A stretch of 51,633 bases of DNA, the filler included, from Bipalium vagum (Eukaryota): the NCBI GenBank assembly GCA_037834085.1. It is 3 parts of 3 records of this genome, joined end to end, with 100 filler letters (N's around TTAATTAATTAA, not from the genome) between each part and the next. Parts side by side here need not be neighbours in the genome. Positions count along the whole stretch, not along the records: positions 1 to 15,730 come from JBBMKC010148956.1; 2 more parts are not named here. One strand, given 5' to 3'. Under the pieces are notes generated by a model. It made no database searches. It worked only from the letters and a program-made list of their open reading frames with translations, and was not told the DNA's origin. This document shows positions 1 to 11,769 of this stretch, one piece after another; position 1 is the first letter of the stretch, and every line of letters begins with the position of its first letter. The translations under genes were made by a program, and so were the position numbers.

Positions 1-48
1 ATCATCTCTTTTTAAAGTTTTAAAACCACATGAATCAAATTCTTTCAG

Positions 49-387
49 GTGCGATTAAACTTATGGACGGTAGTGTATGTACTGATGAATTTTTGCGTAA
101 TTTTGGTAAATAATAATTGTCTTTTACTGAGATTTTGATTATATACTTTCCAAAAAAGGACTTTAGAAAGTAATCTCATTATTTAATGTATATTTTAATT
201 TTAAGTATGGTTATCAAATGATTTTCCACTTTAACAATATTACGCAAAAGAAAATCGTGTTCCATATATTTGGAGGTTTATTTTTGTGTAAACCCTTGTA
301 AACAATGTATTTCAAGATAAATTAAGAAAACTTAGATCTTCTAAAAAGCTGTTTTCTGAAAGGCTGGTGAAGACAATGAATGCTCTG
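49..387 (+). CDS. Putative upstream exons (49-105, 206-297, 336-387) of an unidentified spliced gene; weak resemblance to the C-terminal half of a RhoGAP/BH fold
   Basis: AG/GT boundaries give a phase-consistent open chain VRLNLWTVVYVLMNFCVIL-YGYQMIFHFNNITQKKIVFHIFGGLFLCKPL-SSKKLFSERLVKTMNAL. It ends in phase 0, matching the phase-0 exon at 2610. The domain resemblance is by eye only. Confidence 0.35.
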
Positions 388-2029
388 GTGAAATGAAAAT
401 TTCATATTATAATAAAATATTGTGAGACTGAGAACCAAGAAATATATTATCAATAAAATAATTTGTGATAACTTCTAAAATATCGTTTAATTTTAAAATC
501 TATTCGTGGGAGATGATATTTTGCTTATCAATTTAACCTATTTAAAATTATTTAAAGTACAATTGATTTCCGTCATTTGAATTATTTCTAAATATTTGAT
601 CAATATAATTTTGAATATTTATTTCTTGCGAACTATCTTTAGAATTTTAAACTGTCATTTAACGGTTAGTGTAGAAGAAATGTTACTGATGTCTCACCTA
701 ATTAATTTTCAATCATAATTATATTCTGATCATTATTGATAGAATTTAATATGGGAATATTTTCACTGGATATAATCTGTAAATAAGCTAGTGCACTTAT
801 ATGGCATGTTATTTATTTTTGCTTATAGTTTCGTGTTCTCCATTCTTAATTTGTTTAGATTTCATTTTTATTAATTAGTGAAATACTTCTAGATAAGTAT
901 TATTTTGTAAATTAAGGTTTGATATTTTAACACTTGTAACATATATGTAACACTTCTTAATAACTGGAATGTTATTTGTGAATTGATGGTCGTTGATAAT
1001 TGATTTTGGTAGAGAAATAATAATGTTCGATAAATACATAAGTTTTGCAACATTATGGTAAATGTCATTTACCATTTAGAAAATAACTTTTGAAATATGC
1101 GTATGCTTTTAATTTATAAAAATTTAAAATTAAAATTAATGCTGTAGTTATAAATTATAAAACTTATTTTATCAAAATTATTTTAATAATAGTTAATTAT
1201 TAACAATCATGTAATAAATAACATTAAAGTTTTTGGTTGGACTTCGATATAAATGCAGGTCTTCCGTTAAGGTTAATTTAATATTTCTGATGTTATACAA
1301 GTTTTCTTAGAATCAAGACTTTTACGGAGTGATTCTTTTTTAATCCTGGAGCGTTTTATGGGAGAGTAGCGACCTATGTAGCGACCACGTTTGTTAAATT
1401 TAATTATATACTATATAATTGCAAAAGCAAAGCTAAAAATTAATATTAATTTGAGATTAAATTATTCATTTTAAATAAAAACAGCATTCTGCTGGTATTT
1501 CGAATGAGATTCAAATAGACTGATTTTTTATATCATTATGATCTTTTCTACTTCTATCTAAGAAAGTATCAAACACTGCGAATTGTATTTTACTAACAAT
1601 GAAAATAATTAAATATTAAAATTTTGCATGTGTGAATATGTTTATTAAATTATTTTTATTTAATTTTAATTAATGATTTTGATTGCCATTGATTGCATTT
1701 TACGTTTATTTTAATTATGTTAACTAATTTATTCCTTGTTTGTCAATAGTAAAACGTTCTATAGTTTCATGAAATAAATTTAAAATTGTTGATTTAAATA
1801 TTGTTTATTAGAATAATTATTAAAATCATTTATTTTTTGTTTAGTCATAGTAAAATAAGAAATCCTATTGCCCCATTCACAGTTACAGCTTACATGCAAT
1901 GGGTATAATTCTTATTGTTTTTTGTTTTAATATTTCTTAAAATTAATAAAATATTCCAAAAAATGTTTATACTAATAAATATTGTTATATTTTAATTTTG
2001 TAAAATGAATAAACAAATAATATTGACCA

Positions 2030-2520
2030 TGAAAAAGAAAAAAAATACTATCTTCTAGATCATAAGAATTGTAATTTTGTAATTTTTTCAAAAACTACCT
2101 ATTTTAAGAACACCATAAAACTATCAAAATGAAGTTGATGACAGATACAAATCAAAATGATTTAATAAAAAGAACAAATGAAAAAATAGAAAATTGTCTG
2201 GAAAATAAATTAGTCAATTGACATCCAAAAATATAAATGTACCAGGAGATATAATCAAAGTACAAGTTTCTAAGTTTGTAGCAGAATTAGGTATTAAAAC
2301 TGTTAAAGCGTTAAATTGTTGACTTGATAAATTAAAAAAAAAGATGTAATCTGAAATCAAAGTCCAATCTGGAGAAAGTGGAAACTTAAATTTAAATTTG
2401 ATTAAGTAAGAAAGAAAAGAAAGAAAAATTATCAACTATCCAACGTTTATAATGTGGATGAATCTAGTCTGGTGTATAAAAACCTACCATCTAAATCTTA
2501 AAGTTTTAAAACTTGATATA
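2030..2520 (+). mobile_element. Degraded pogo/Tigger transposase fragment (intronic)
   Basis: CENP-B-like HTH remnant (PGDIIKVQVSKFVAELGI), QSGESG and YNVDESSLVYKNLPSKS (pogo NxDETGLFY motif), with stops and frameshifts. Confidence 0.55.
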
Positions 2521-2609
2521 TGTAGATGAACTATTGTGTTTGATTTATATTATCAAAGTTTCTTTTATAAAATATGTTTTGAAAATTTGAATTTTATTAT
2601 TTATTATAG

Positions 2610-4965
2610 GTAACTGATCAAGAAAAAAATTATATGGAGGATGATGATGGGTTTCTTAATAATTTACATTATTCTACTAATAATACAACTGATGCCAAGG
2701 TAAATGGGAGTTTGTTATCAAAGAGCAACAATTCTAAATATAATATCTCTCACACAACTTGCAATTTTGATAATAAAGGATTTTTAAAAAACGAACCTTT
2801 TTTCAGCACTGAAAGCCAACAAAAAAGTAACAATTTCATCTTTTTTTAAGATTATATATTCATCTAGAATATTTCAATCATGAATTTCTTGACGAATTTT
2901 CACCAAATCCAGATATAGTTGATTGCAATGATCCTCACATGTATGAGGAAGAAATCGATGGGCCTGAATTAGCTAGACTTATCAAAAAAATGAAACCAGC
3001 AGATTTCTCCTCCAATGCGACAGATAATAACACAATTTCTGTACAATCTTGTATATCTGCTTGTTCTCATACTAAAGATTCAAATACCAAAAATTTTTAT
3101 TCTACATTACACCAGGATCTCAAAAAAGGTTATTTCGAGTATTTATAGGAAAAATATTTTTTTTACCAAAATATATTAGGTTGTAGCATAATTTTTCTTG
3201 ATTTTTACAATATATAAAATGAAGCAATTAAAACAGTTTATTTAAGAATAATAATGAAAATCATTCGATAACATAATTTCCTTCTTTGTTTAGGATCTTT
3301 TCCCATCTTTCCACCAATTTGTCGAAACCTTTATTCCAGAAATTACTAGATTTGCTCTGAAAGAATTTATGATCCAAATTTGAAGATCATCCTATTCTGA
3401 AAAGTAATACCTTTCATTTGGTTTGACAGCGGGTGGAAAAGATAAAAATCAGTTGGCGCAAGATCCGGAGAATATGCAGGGTGTGGAAGAACCTCTCAAT
3501 CGAGCTCTTGGAGAGTGGAATTGGTAATATTTGCTGTGTGCCGCCTGGTATTTTCACGAAGAAGAATCACTTTGGGTCGTTTATACTGGTATTTCACATT
3601 AATAATGTCTTTTAACTCGACAGAATAAGTTTATGTATATGAGCTTGTCAACTGTCTTGCCTTTTGGGATCTTTTTCAAGTGTAACAAACCATCCCAACT
3701 CCAAACACAGATCATAATTTATTTTGGATGCAATTCTGGTTTAATTATGGACGTACCTGTGCAACCAGGAGCCACCCACTCCTTCCTATACTTTAAGTTT
3801 GTATGCAGACACCATTTTTCATCCCATGTTATGATTGGATGAAGAAAACGCTCTTTGTTGCTCGGTGTCTGGCAAGATTTTGAGCAGCAATTTTAAAACG
3901 ATTTTCTCTGATTTTTTCATTAAGCTAAATCAGGAAAGCAAAAAAAGACATCATATATAGAAGTATGCAAATGGGTTGTTAAAAAATGGGAAAATTCAAT
4001 AGTAGTGTGGATTCGAAAAAGCTGAACTAATTTCCAAAGGCAATGAAGATTTAGAAAATATAGAAAAAAGCATTAAATAACTGAACAGCCAGAGCATATT
4101 TTACTGCTTGTTTTTCTGTTTTAAAGTGTATTTAAGTTTCATCATTATCCCTGAAGATTCAAAGAAAAAGTTTTCCTTATTGGTTGGGAACGACTGAGCG
4201 GGTAATGATCGACAGCAAAAAATCAACTATTTAACATACAACTCTGGATAATGTCTGAAAATTATAAATAAATTATGCATAGTCAGAATAATAATTATAT
4301 TTATTAATTAATGTGGTAGGTAGTTTTTGAACCACCCTCATATTTCAAAGAACTAGTAAATATTAAAAATAATTGAATTCTAATTTTTATTGTTTATCGA
4401 CTGAATTTTCTTTCCATTTTATGATTTTTAAAAATTTCTATTTCTACAATTTTTTTCGGTGCTAAATCTTGTTGTTAAAGTATAACCAGGTTCTATTTCA
4501 TTATCTTTTAAGTAAATTTCTTCCCTTATTACCAATTGTATTTAAAACCGAAAATTTTCCAAAACTTAATCACTTTAGTTTATCGTGGACTTATTTTTAG
4601 GTACAAATCAACCATTACCTTCACACCAGAAAAGAATAGATACCAAAGATGTGTTAAAGCGGTTTAATTTCCGTATTGGAAAGAAATCTATTGAGAAAAA
4701 TTACAATTCTGATTCATTGAACGTTGACCACGAAAAATCAAAAAATAAAAATCGTAAAATTTCAAACACATGCGACGATTCTCGATCTTCGATTATTTCT
4801 CCGATGGATTGTACAGAAGAATTGGTATGGGACATGGGTGACATTTATACCGCCAGTCTCAATAGGTCGATAAATAATAACAGTTTTTCTCCGAAACATT
4901 TTCTGGTTTCCACCTCAGCAAATTCATTAGCGTACAGTGATAAGAACAAACTCCTTTCAGATTAA
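2610..4965 (+). CDS. 3' exons (2610-2826, 2868-3128, 4601-4965) of an unidentified protein with a Ser/Asn-rich, probably disordered C-terminus
   Basis: ORFs 2634, 2939 and 4585 join in frame through canonical GT-AG introns 2827-2867 (41 nt, phase 1) and 3129-4600 (phase 1). Acceptors are ttatag|2610, tctag|2868 and ttttag|4601; the stop TAA is at 4963-4965. Confidence 0.62.
3290..3910 (-). mobile_element. Degraded mariner (DD34D) transposase relic (intronic)
   Basis: Minus-strand motifs FLHPIITWDEKWCLHTN...EWVAPG and YSPDLAPTDFYLF. Confidence 0.75.
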
Positions 4966-5366
4966 ATGATAAAGATAAAATCAATATTTTTATTTTGAAA
5001 ATAAATAATTATAATAAACAGATCGATACTATATATAATAGAATCAATAACTTTTTTTTAATGAAATTTATTGTTTTTATGTAAACTCGTATTTGTTTAT
5101 TTAATTGTGCAAAGCTACTATTCTGTTTTTTTCAAATTTATTGATCGCTGATGCGATATGAAAAATTTTCTGCATATTTTGTAATTAAATTCAAAAATAT
5201 TTTTCGAAGACAACAAATAGATAAATAAATAAATGTAAAGTTTTGTTTTGCTGTGTTGTACAAATTGAAATTTAAGCAATTTCAGTTGTTATGAAACAGA
5301 AAATTTCATTCGTGGACTTTCATACCAAAGCATATAAGTCGTGAGCAGATATTTTCTTGAACTAGC

Positions 5367-5469
5367 GTAAGTTTCTCGTTCTGTTGTCACTAGTTATCAT
5401 TTTCCTACAAAAAGGAGTAGGAAAATCGAGAATTACGTGGGCCAATTATTTTGTTTTTCATTCCTATAG
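5367..5469 (+). other. Probable 5'-UTR intron of the GluCl gene
   Basis: Consensus GTAAGT donor at 5367; pyrimidine tract plus tatAG acceptor at 5469, 76 nt upstream of ATG 5545. Confidence 0.45.
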
Positions 5470-5544
5470 GTAATCAATTGAATTACGATTTTTCTTGGAT
5501 TGTATTATTGGATAGCTAATCTTGCCTCTTGGTATTTGAAAACG

Positions 5545-6984
5545 ATGGAAGTCGGAAAATGTTGGAAATATACTCTTCTTGATATGTTAGTCATTTTTTT
5601 GTTTCAATCGGTTATTATTGAAAATTCTGCGGGTTCTTTGTCTACCCAAGAATTGATAAGGCAAAAACTGTTGGATAGTAAAATCTACAAGAAGCACGAG
5701 CGACCCGATGAACTGAAAACCACAAAGGTGATGGTTTACATTAAAATACTTGCTATTGATTCCGTGGATGTTCGTCAAATGCAGTATAGTACTGATGTTT
5801 ACCTTCGTCAGGTTTGGGTTGATACTAGATTAAAATGGGAATCCATTGAGAAATTCAAGCATTATAAAATGAACATAGTCTCCCCATCGCTAAAAGATAA
5901 AATTTGGCTTCCAGATTTATTTTTCAGAAACGGTAAAAAGGGTTATATACATAATATGACTACACCGAATTATCTTATGAGAATAACACCATATGGAGAG
6001 GTTTTATATAGTCAAAAGATTACCATGATATTTTCATGTCAAATGGAATTACAAGCATTTCCGATGGATTCTCAGAATTGTGAAATCAATATTGGAAGTT
6101 ATGGATACACTTTAGAAGAATTAGAATTTTATTGGAAAGCCAACGAGACAATAACTGTACAGAAAGATTTGAAAATTCCCGAATTCGATTTACCAGATAA
6201 TATTTTAACTTTAGATTGTACCAATGATTCTGCCACTCAAACAGGACGTTATTCTTGTCTCAAAGCTATTATTCAGTTAAATAGACAATTAGGTTCATAT
6301 CTGGCTAGTACGTATGTTCCCAGTATTTTGATTATAATGGTGTCGTGGATGAACTTCTGGGTTAGTATTGATGCTGTTCCAGCCAGAGTTACTCTGGGAT
6401 TACTTTCACTTCTTGGTATTGTGAACATGGCTATTTCAATGTCTAGCACATTGCCCCGTGTTAGTTATATTAAAGCAATCGATGTTTGGTTAATAGCTTG
6501 CATTGTATTTGTTATTGCTGTTTTGTTGGAGTTTGCTATAGCAACTTCTGTTTTAAAGCGAAATACTTCAAAGGATTGGGAAAGTGATGTTTGCAACTTA
6601 ATTAGGGAAGAGATAAATTTGATGCATACCAATGTCACAATGTTGAAAACAATAAATTCAAACTCCACCGAAAGAAAGATCAATCACAACAAAGTAGGAA
6701 TTATGAATAATGCTGTGCCTCTGAAAAATATACGAAGTTTACCACCTGGAATAGATATGTTATTTAGCAACAATCCGAGTCAAAATGAAGCGTTACTTAA
6801 AGAATTAGATGACCGAAATAAAATGTCAAAATTTGCACTGAAAACGACAAGTAATAAAAAGTCTAAATCAGTTGATTCTTCAATTGATAAGTATAGCAGA
6901 TTTTTATTCCCTGCATGTTTTATACTTTATAACTGCTTCTATTGGGTATATTATATTCGCTTAATAAAATATCAGGTAGATTAG
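5545..6984 (+). CDS. Cys-loop ligand-gated anion channel subunit, lophotrochozoan/flatworm-type glutamate-gated chloride channel (GluCl-like); intronless CDS
   Basis: N-terminal hydrophobic signal (ATG 5545 or 5584; the ORF-track start at 5500 is TTG). Loop D YLRQVW, loop A WLPDLFFRN, Cys-loop CQMELQAFPMDSQNC, loop-C Cys pair CTNDSATQTGRYSC. Four TM helices with the anion-selective PAR motif before M2 and IDKYSRFLFP in M4. Confidence 0.93.
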   Translation: MEVGKCWKYTLLDMLVIFLFQSVIIENSAGSLSTQELIRQKLLDSKIYKKHERPDELKTTKVMVYIKILAIDSVDVRQMQYSTDVYLRQVWVDTRLKWESIEKFKHYKMNIVSPSLKDKIWLPDLFFRNGKKGYIHNMTTPNYLMRITPYGEVLYSQKITMIFSCQMELQAFPMDSQNCEINIGSYGYTLEELEFYWKANETITVQKDLKIPEFDLPDNILTLDCTNDSATQTGRYSCLKAIIQLNRQLGSYLASTYVPSILIIMVSWMNFWVSIDAVPARVTLGLLSLLGIVNMAISMSSTLPRVSYIKAIDVWLIACIVFVIAVLLEFAIATSVLKRNTSKDWESDVCNLIREEINLMHTNVTMLKTINSNSTERKINHNKVGIMNNAVPLKNIRSLPPGIDMLFSNNPSQNEALLKELDDRNKMSKFALKTTSNKKSKSVDSSIDKYSRFLFPACFILYNCFYWVYYIRLIKYQVD

Positions 6985-7584
6985 ATTCGATTTTTTATTA
7001 ATAGTAATTTACACATCATTTCGCTTATCGCATCTGGTCATATTTTCCTTGTTAGTTGTAAATATATTTTGATTTCTTAATTTTTATATTAGAAAATGAT
7101 GATTTTTGAAGGCTTGAAATTTTAATTATATTAGATCACTATTTATAATAGATAAAAATTGTCAGAAAGTGATTTCAATAAAATAAGGAATAAAAAAAAT
7201 TATTACAAAATTTATTTATTTTAATTCTAAAAATGTTAATCATTTTTTAATGTCTGCATCGGTGCTAAAAATCATTTTCTAAATTGTATTTTTAATTTAC
7301 AAAAATATTTATTTTTTCATTATAATTTTGAAGTAAATTAAGATTGGTTAGGTTTGATTTTTATTAAATTCTTTCGGAAATCTGATGTTTATCAGATTTC
7401 TTATTGGATTATCTAAATTTTATGAGTTAAGAAAGAAAAAAATTATCTATACAATTAGTTATAAAATGAATGGATTGCTAAGTATTTTAGAAAATACTCA
7501 ATTCTCTTTTTATGCGATTTTGAAGTTATTCGGTTTTTTTTTAATGATTAGGAGATTATTTCGGCATTCAAAAAATATTATTTA

Positions 7585-8178
7585 AAGTCAACCTTTCATT
7601 ACATTTTCGATAAGCTAGAAACTGAATCAATCACAGTTACAGATGTTTGGAAGGATTTTAATAATTTAAACTGTATAAACCATGTTGCATTAGCAATTTC
7701 TGAAATTGAACCATACACACTAAACACATGTTGGAAAGAAGTTTGACCTGAATGCGTATTTAATAAAGATGTACCAAATCAAATAACAATCATATCATCA
7801 GAAATTATATCACTGGCCAAAGCAATTGGTGGAGAAGGCTTTGATAAATTTGACGAGAACAATATTGAAGATTTGCTTGAATACGAAGAATTATGTGACT
7901 AAGAAATTTTAGAAAGTTTGAAATTAGATTCTATTGAAGATCCTTTTGAAGACAATGAACCAGAAGAAAAATCAGTCCCACTTAGTGCCAATTTAATTTG
8001 CGAAGGCCTTCGACTTGCAAGTAAATTGGAAAATTATTTTCTATTAAATGACAACGATTCAGAGCGTGCTTTTAAATTTACACGTGATCTGAAATTTTGT
8101 ATGCCAGGTTACCGAGATCTCTATAAAAATTTATGCAAGTCATCAAAGACATTAATTACTGACTATTTTATGCATTAA
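7585..8178 (+). mobile_element. pogo/Tigger transposase C-terminal relic
   Basis: VWKDFNNLNCINHV...TLNTCWKEV*P...IISLAKAIGGEGF...ERAFKF...LITDYF, a typical Tigger/TIGD tail with in-frame stops. Confidence 0.7.
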
Positions 8179-8369
8179 TAATAATAAATGTGGCTTGTTT
8201 TCATGTTTTTTGTTTAATTGCTATTTTTGTATTTATAAATAGTACGACCTTTTCTGGTTCGTATCTACCACATAAAAAGATAATTGAATGTATTGTAGTT
8301 CTTTTATGTTTATGTGCTACATTTTGTATAACTAAAATAAAATAAAATAACTAATAACTTTAGAAAATT

Positions 8370-8870
8370 ATTTTTTCCACATTGGTCCAACATTCCATTA
8401 AATCCTATTTTGAAGAAATTTTGATCTTCCGCGAGGACTTTTGTCATGTTATGCTTTGGATCAGATTTATGTCCTTGAATATGTTTCTTCAGCTGATTAA
8501 ATCACTTGGTGAAAAGAACTGGACTGTAAGAAAGATAATCCAGCTGCACAAGCCAGCTTTTGTTATTTTGTCATGTGTTTTCTTGGATGTGTGAATAGAA
8601 GAGTTATAGTGGAAAAAAAGTTCCTGGATGAGTAACTTGCGTCGGATGCTTAGGGTTTCAAATATTATATTACGGTAGTAATCCAAATTTAAGATTTCTT
8701 CAGTAAAATTTAGCTTTCAAGATGCCATTTACATGGCATAAATACGTTCAACATGGCACATTTACGATGTGAAATTAAGAGATGCAAGACCTTGGATGGC
8801 TTTTTTATTTATGAAAATTAATTTCTTTGACTCTCTCATAAAGTAAAGAAGGTTGATATTTGATTGCGTC
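8370..8870 (-). mobile_element. Degraded mariner-like fragment
   Basis: Eroded YSPDLAP region (YLSYSPVLF) followed by LKKHIQGHK...FFKIGFNGMLDQCGK, a mariner C-terminal pattern. Confidence 0.45.
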
Positions 8871-9425
8871 TCGCCTGTAGTTTATTATATTAGATAAATA
8901 TATTATATATGTGTTATATGTATTTGTATATATGTATATATGTATTAATTTTGATAGACAATTTGGACCGACTGCATTTTTTTCAAGTCATCCTCCGTCT
9001 ACCCATAATCTCAAGTGTAAATATCACGGTATGAACCAGTTACAACTTTTGGATTCTCATTTTTTGTAGAAGTTCCTGGAGGAATCTTTAGATACACCTA
9101 GCCTCTTAACTGTCTTTGAGTAATTTTCTTTTATTTGTCACAATATCTATCAATTTTAATATTTTATTCACTTATTTTGTTTTCACTATTCATTGTTTAA
9201 TAACATGCTGTTAAGTCGATAATTCTTTTGACCTTAAAGCGCCTGTTATTTGTTTCATAACTTTCTTGAGTATTATATTTCTCAGGTAGTTCGTTTAACA
9301 ATTCATTTAACAATTCTGAAATAGTTGAAATTGATTTCCCTGTCATGATTCAATTATTCCTTTTCTGTTTTCGCTTGATGTTTCCTTATTTTTTCTTGAA
9401 ACCTGTAATAAATGTACATAATGTA

Positions 9426-9858
9426 CAATGTGACCACATGTTTTGGGTCACCATGTAAAAATGGACATAATAGTAGATTATGGTTTAAATTAGAAGTTTT
9501 ATTTACACTATTTTAATTTAGATACTTGCTGAAGTTAGCTTTTTATTTATTATAAACAGTTAAATAGCTTCATGCGATAAGTCAAGATTGGTGACTTCAT
9601 TTTTGGAAAAGTCCTAGTTATGCGTACTGAGTGATTGACCGTCTCAATCACCAGATCTGAGTATAATCGAGGTGTTCTGGGGTGATCTGAAAGCCAGAGT
9701 TGCTATGTGTAGGCCGGTAAATATTGAGGCACTGTGGAAGAATTTGGAGTAGTGGGCGATGATTCCAACATTTAAGATTAATCAGAGTACTTATAGTATT
9801 ATATATCTATTATTTTATGGAAATTACAGGGGTGACCAAAAACATATGGACGGTAATG
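9426..9858 (+). mobile_element. Internally deleted Tc1-like element (~430 bp) with degenerate TIRs and TA flanks
   Basis: Left end CAATGTGACCACATGTTTTGGGTCACC resembles the reverse complement of the right end, CATTACCGTCCATATGTTTTTGGTCACC. Internal *PSQSPDLSIIEVFWGDLK matches the Tc1 WPxQSPDLNPIExxW motif. Confidence 0.7.
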
Positions 9859-10999
9859 TATATAGTATGAACAACATGCTGTCTTTGTAATTGTTCATTT
9901 TTACAATTTTTTAATTTTTACAGTTTGTAATTTGAAAATAATCAAAAAATTTACTATCTCAAAATACAATTTTAAAATGCCAAAATGGAGATCAAAATGG
10001 TGTATATTTAATTACGGTACTTTTAAAGTTAAAAATTCATCAATTTTCATCCTAAAATCTTTTATAGAAAAAGGTTATTAAGACTCAAAGCTGAGTTTTT
10101 GATCACATGTAAATATTGATCTGACCAAAACAAAGTCTGTCATTAAAAAGGATAAAAATAAGTACAGTTTTTTTTCACATATTTTATCGGGAAACCCTCT
10201 ATTTTCTTTGAAAATGAAAAAAAAATTATATTCTTTGTATTTGAAAAATCCGGAAGTGAACTAAAATTTTAATTATTTTTCTCAATTTAGATTAGTCCAA
10301 AATAATATTGTGTATGTATATAGATATATATAAAGATTATACCTTTCTTGGATTTTTTTACCGTTCTCGTACCCCCAAAGCGAGGTTTGTTTTATTTGCT
10401 AATTTAATCAATTGTAACTAAGCACAAAATTAAATTTTTAAAAATTTTATAAAAATTATGATTTTAAATAATTATTAAATCAGTTTTTAGTTCTCATTTT
10501 TAGTGATTTCTTTTTAATTCTTAAATTTTAATATCTTTATAATTTTTTAATTTAGTTACAATATTATAATGAAATATTTTTTAGATGAAATTCAAGTTAT
10601 AGCTTCATCAAATAGAAATATATGCTCATTAGATATTCCAAATAATATTATGGTTCAGAATTCAATAAATCATTCAGAAAGTTATTAAGAAAATTTATCA
10701 TTGTGGATAATTTGAAAACAAAATAATTCGAAAAAAGAAAAGAAATAATGAGAAGTTTAACAAGACCTTTCAACCTTACATTCAATACTATAGTAAAATG
10801 GACAAGCACGTTTATCCAAGAAACAAAATTCAATTTAGAAATACAGTAACTTTTCTCTTATTTGTCATTGTTGGGACTTGGGTAATTTGTAGCAAATAAG
10901 AAAATTTGGCAGATAATTGAAAAAAATAAAAACAAAAATGAAACAAATAAAATTACAACAGGTTTAATTCGTCAGAACCAGAAAAATTTGTGCAAAGCA

Positions 11000-11560
11000 T
11001 AATAAACACCCTGCTTTAAAAATTTTTATCTCCTGGTGTTGTAATTTACAAATATTTTTTTGAAGGATTTAATTTATAGAACATACCAGTTTCATAAAGA
11101 TTATAGATATTATCCTCGTCGTATTCATTCAAATTTTCCTTTTAAAGTTTCAAAAAATCACCAATACCAATTTTTTCATTAGTTTTCATTCAGCCATAGA
11201 GTTTTTTACTTGGTTTTTATTTCGATTTTTAAATTTAGCTAATCACCCGAATGAGTTTTTGAAGCTCGTAATTCCAAGTTGTTCTGAAAATTCTGAAGAT
11301 TTTTGCTGCAATAATGCATCATTTAAAAAGACTCATTTAATCTCCATTTTGCCAATCCAAAATTTCATTTTAATTTTCAAATGTGGATATGTAATCTTTG
11401 ACTTCCTTTTCAAACCTTTGCTTTCAAAGTCAGTAATATGGTTGAGATAATCTGAATTTTTAAATAAATTATTAACTGTTCGTCGTTTGACAGGATCTTA
11501 AAATCTTTGTCTGATTACCTCATCACTTACTCTACTATTATTCCTTTTGTAATTCATAAT
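11000..11560 (-). mobile_element. pogo/Tigger transposase N-terminal relic
   Basis: HTH/CENP-B remnants (KRKSKITYPHLKIKMKFWI) and YDEDNIYNLYETGMFYKLNP. Confidence 0.6.
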
Positions 11561-11769
11561 TTTTAATTTTTGTTTTAACGTTGAATTCGTATGGTTATTT
11601 GGTTTGGTGGAAATTTAAAAATAATTAATGATAAATACATGATAAATATTAGATCAACAAGTTTTAATCCATTTTTTAAAAAAATTAAATGTTATTAAAA
11701 AGGTAATATATTTATTTTTATACGACAGGGATTCAAAAAATCAGTCATCAACATAATAACCATTATTTG

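Noticed and set aside
5587-6683. Antisense ORFs 5587-5778 and 6465-6683 (similarly 22270-22470 and 41133-41384)
   Set aside because: Shadow ORFs opposite real CDSs, with no motifs.
7918-8178. 86-aa ORF as a host gene
   Set aside because: It is the C-terminus of a Tigger transposase with upstream in-frame stops.
10586-10850. Exon-like plus-strand stretch after a ttttag acceptor
   Set aside because: In-frame stops, no phase-consistent partner exons and no recognisable homology.
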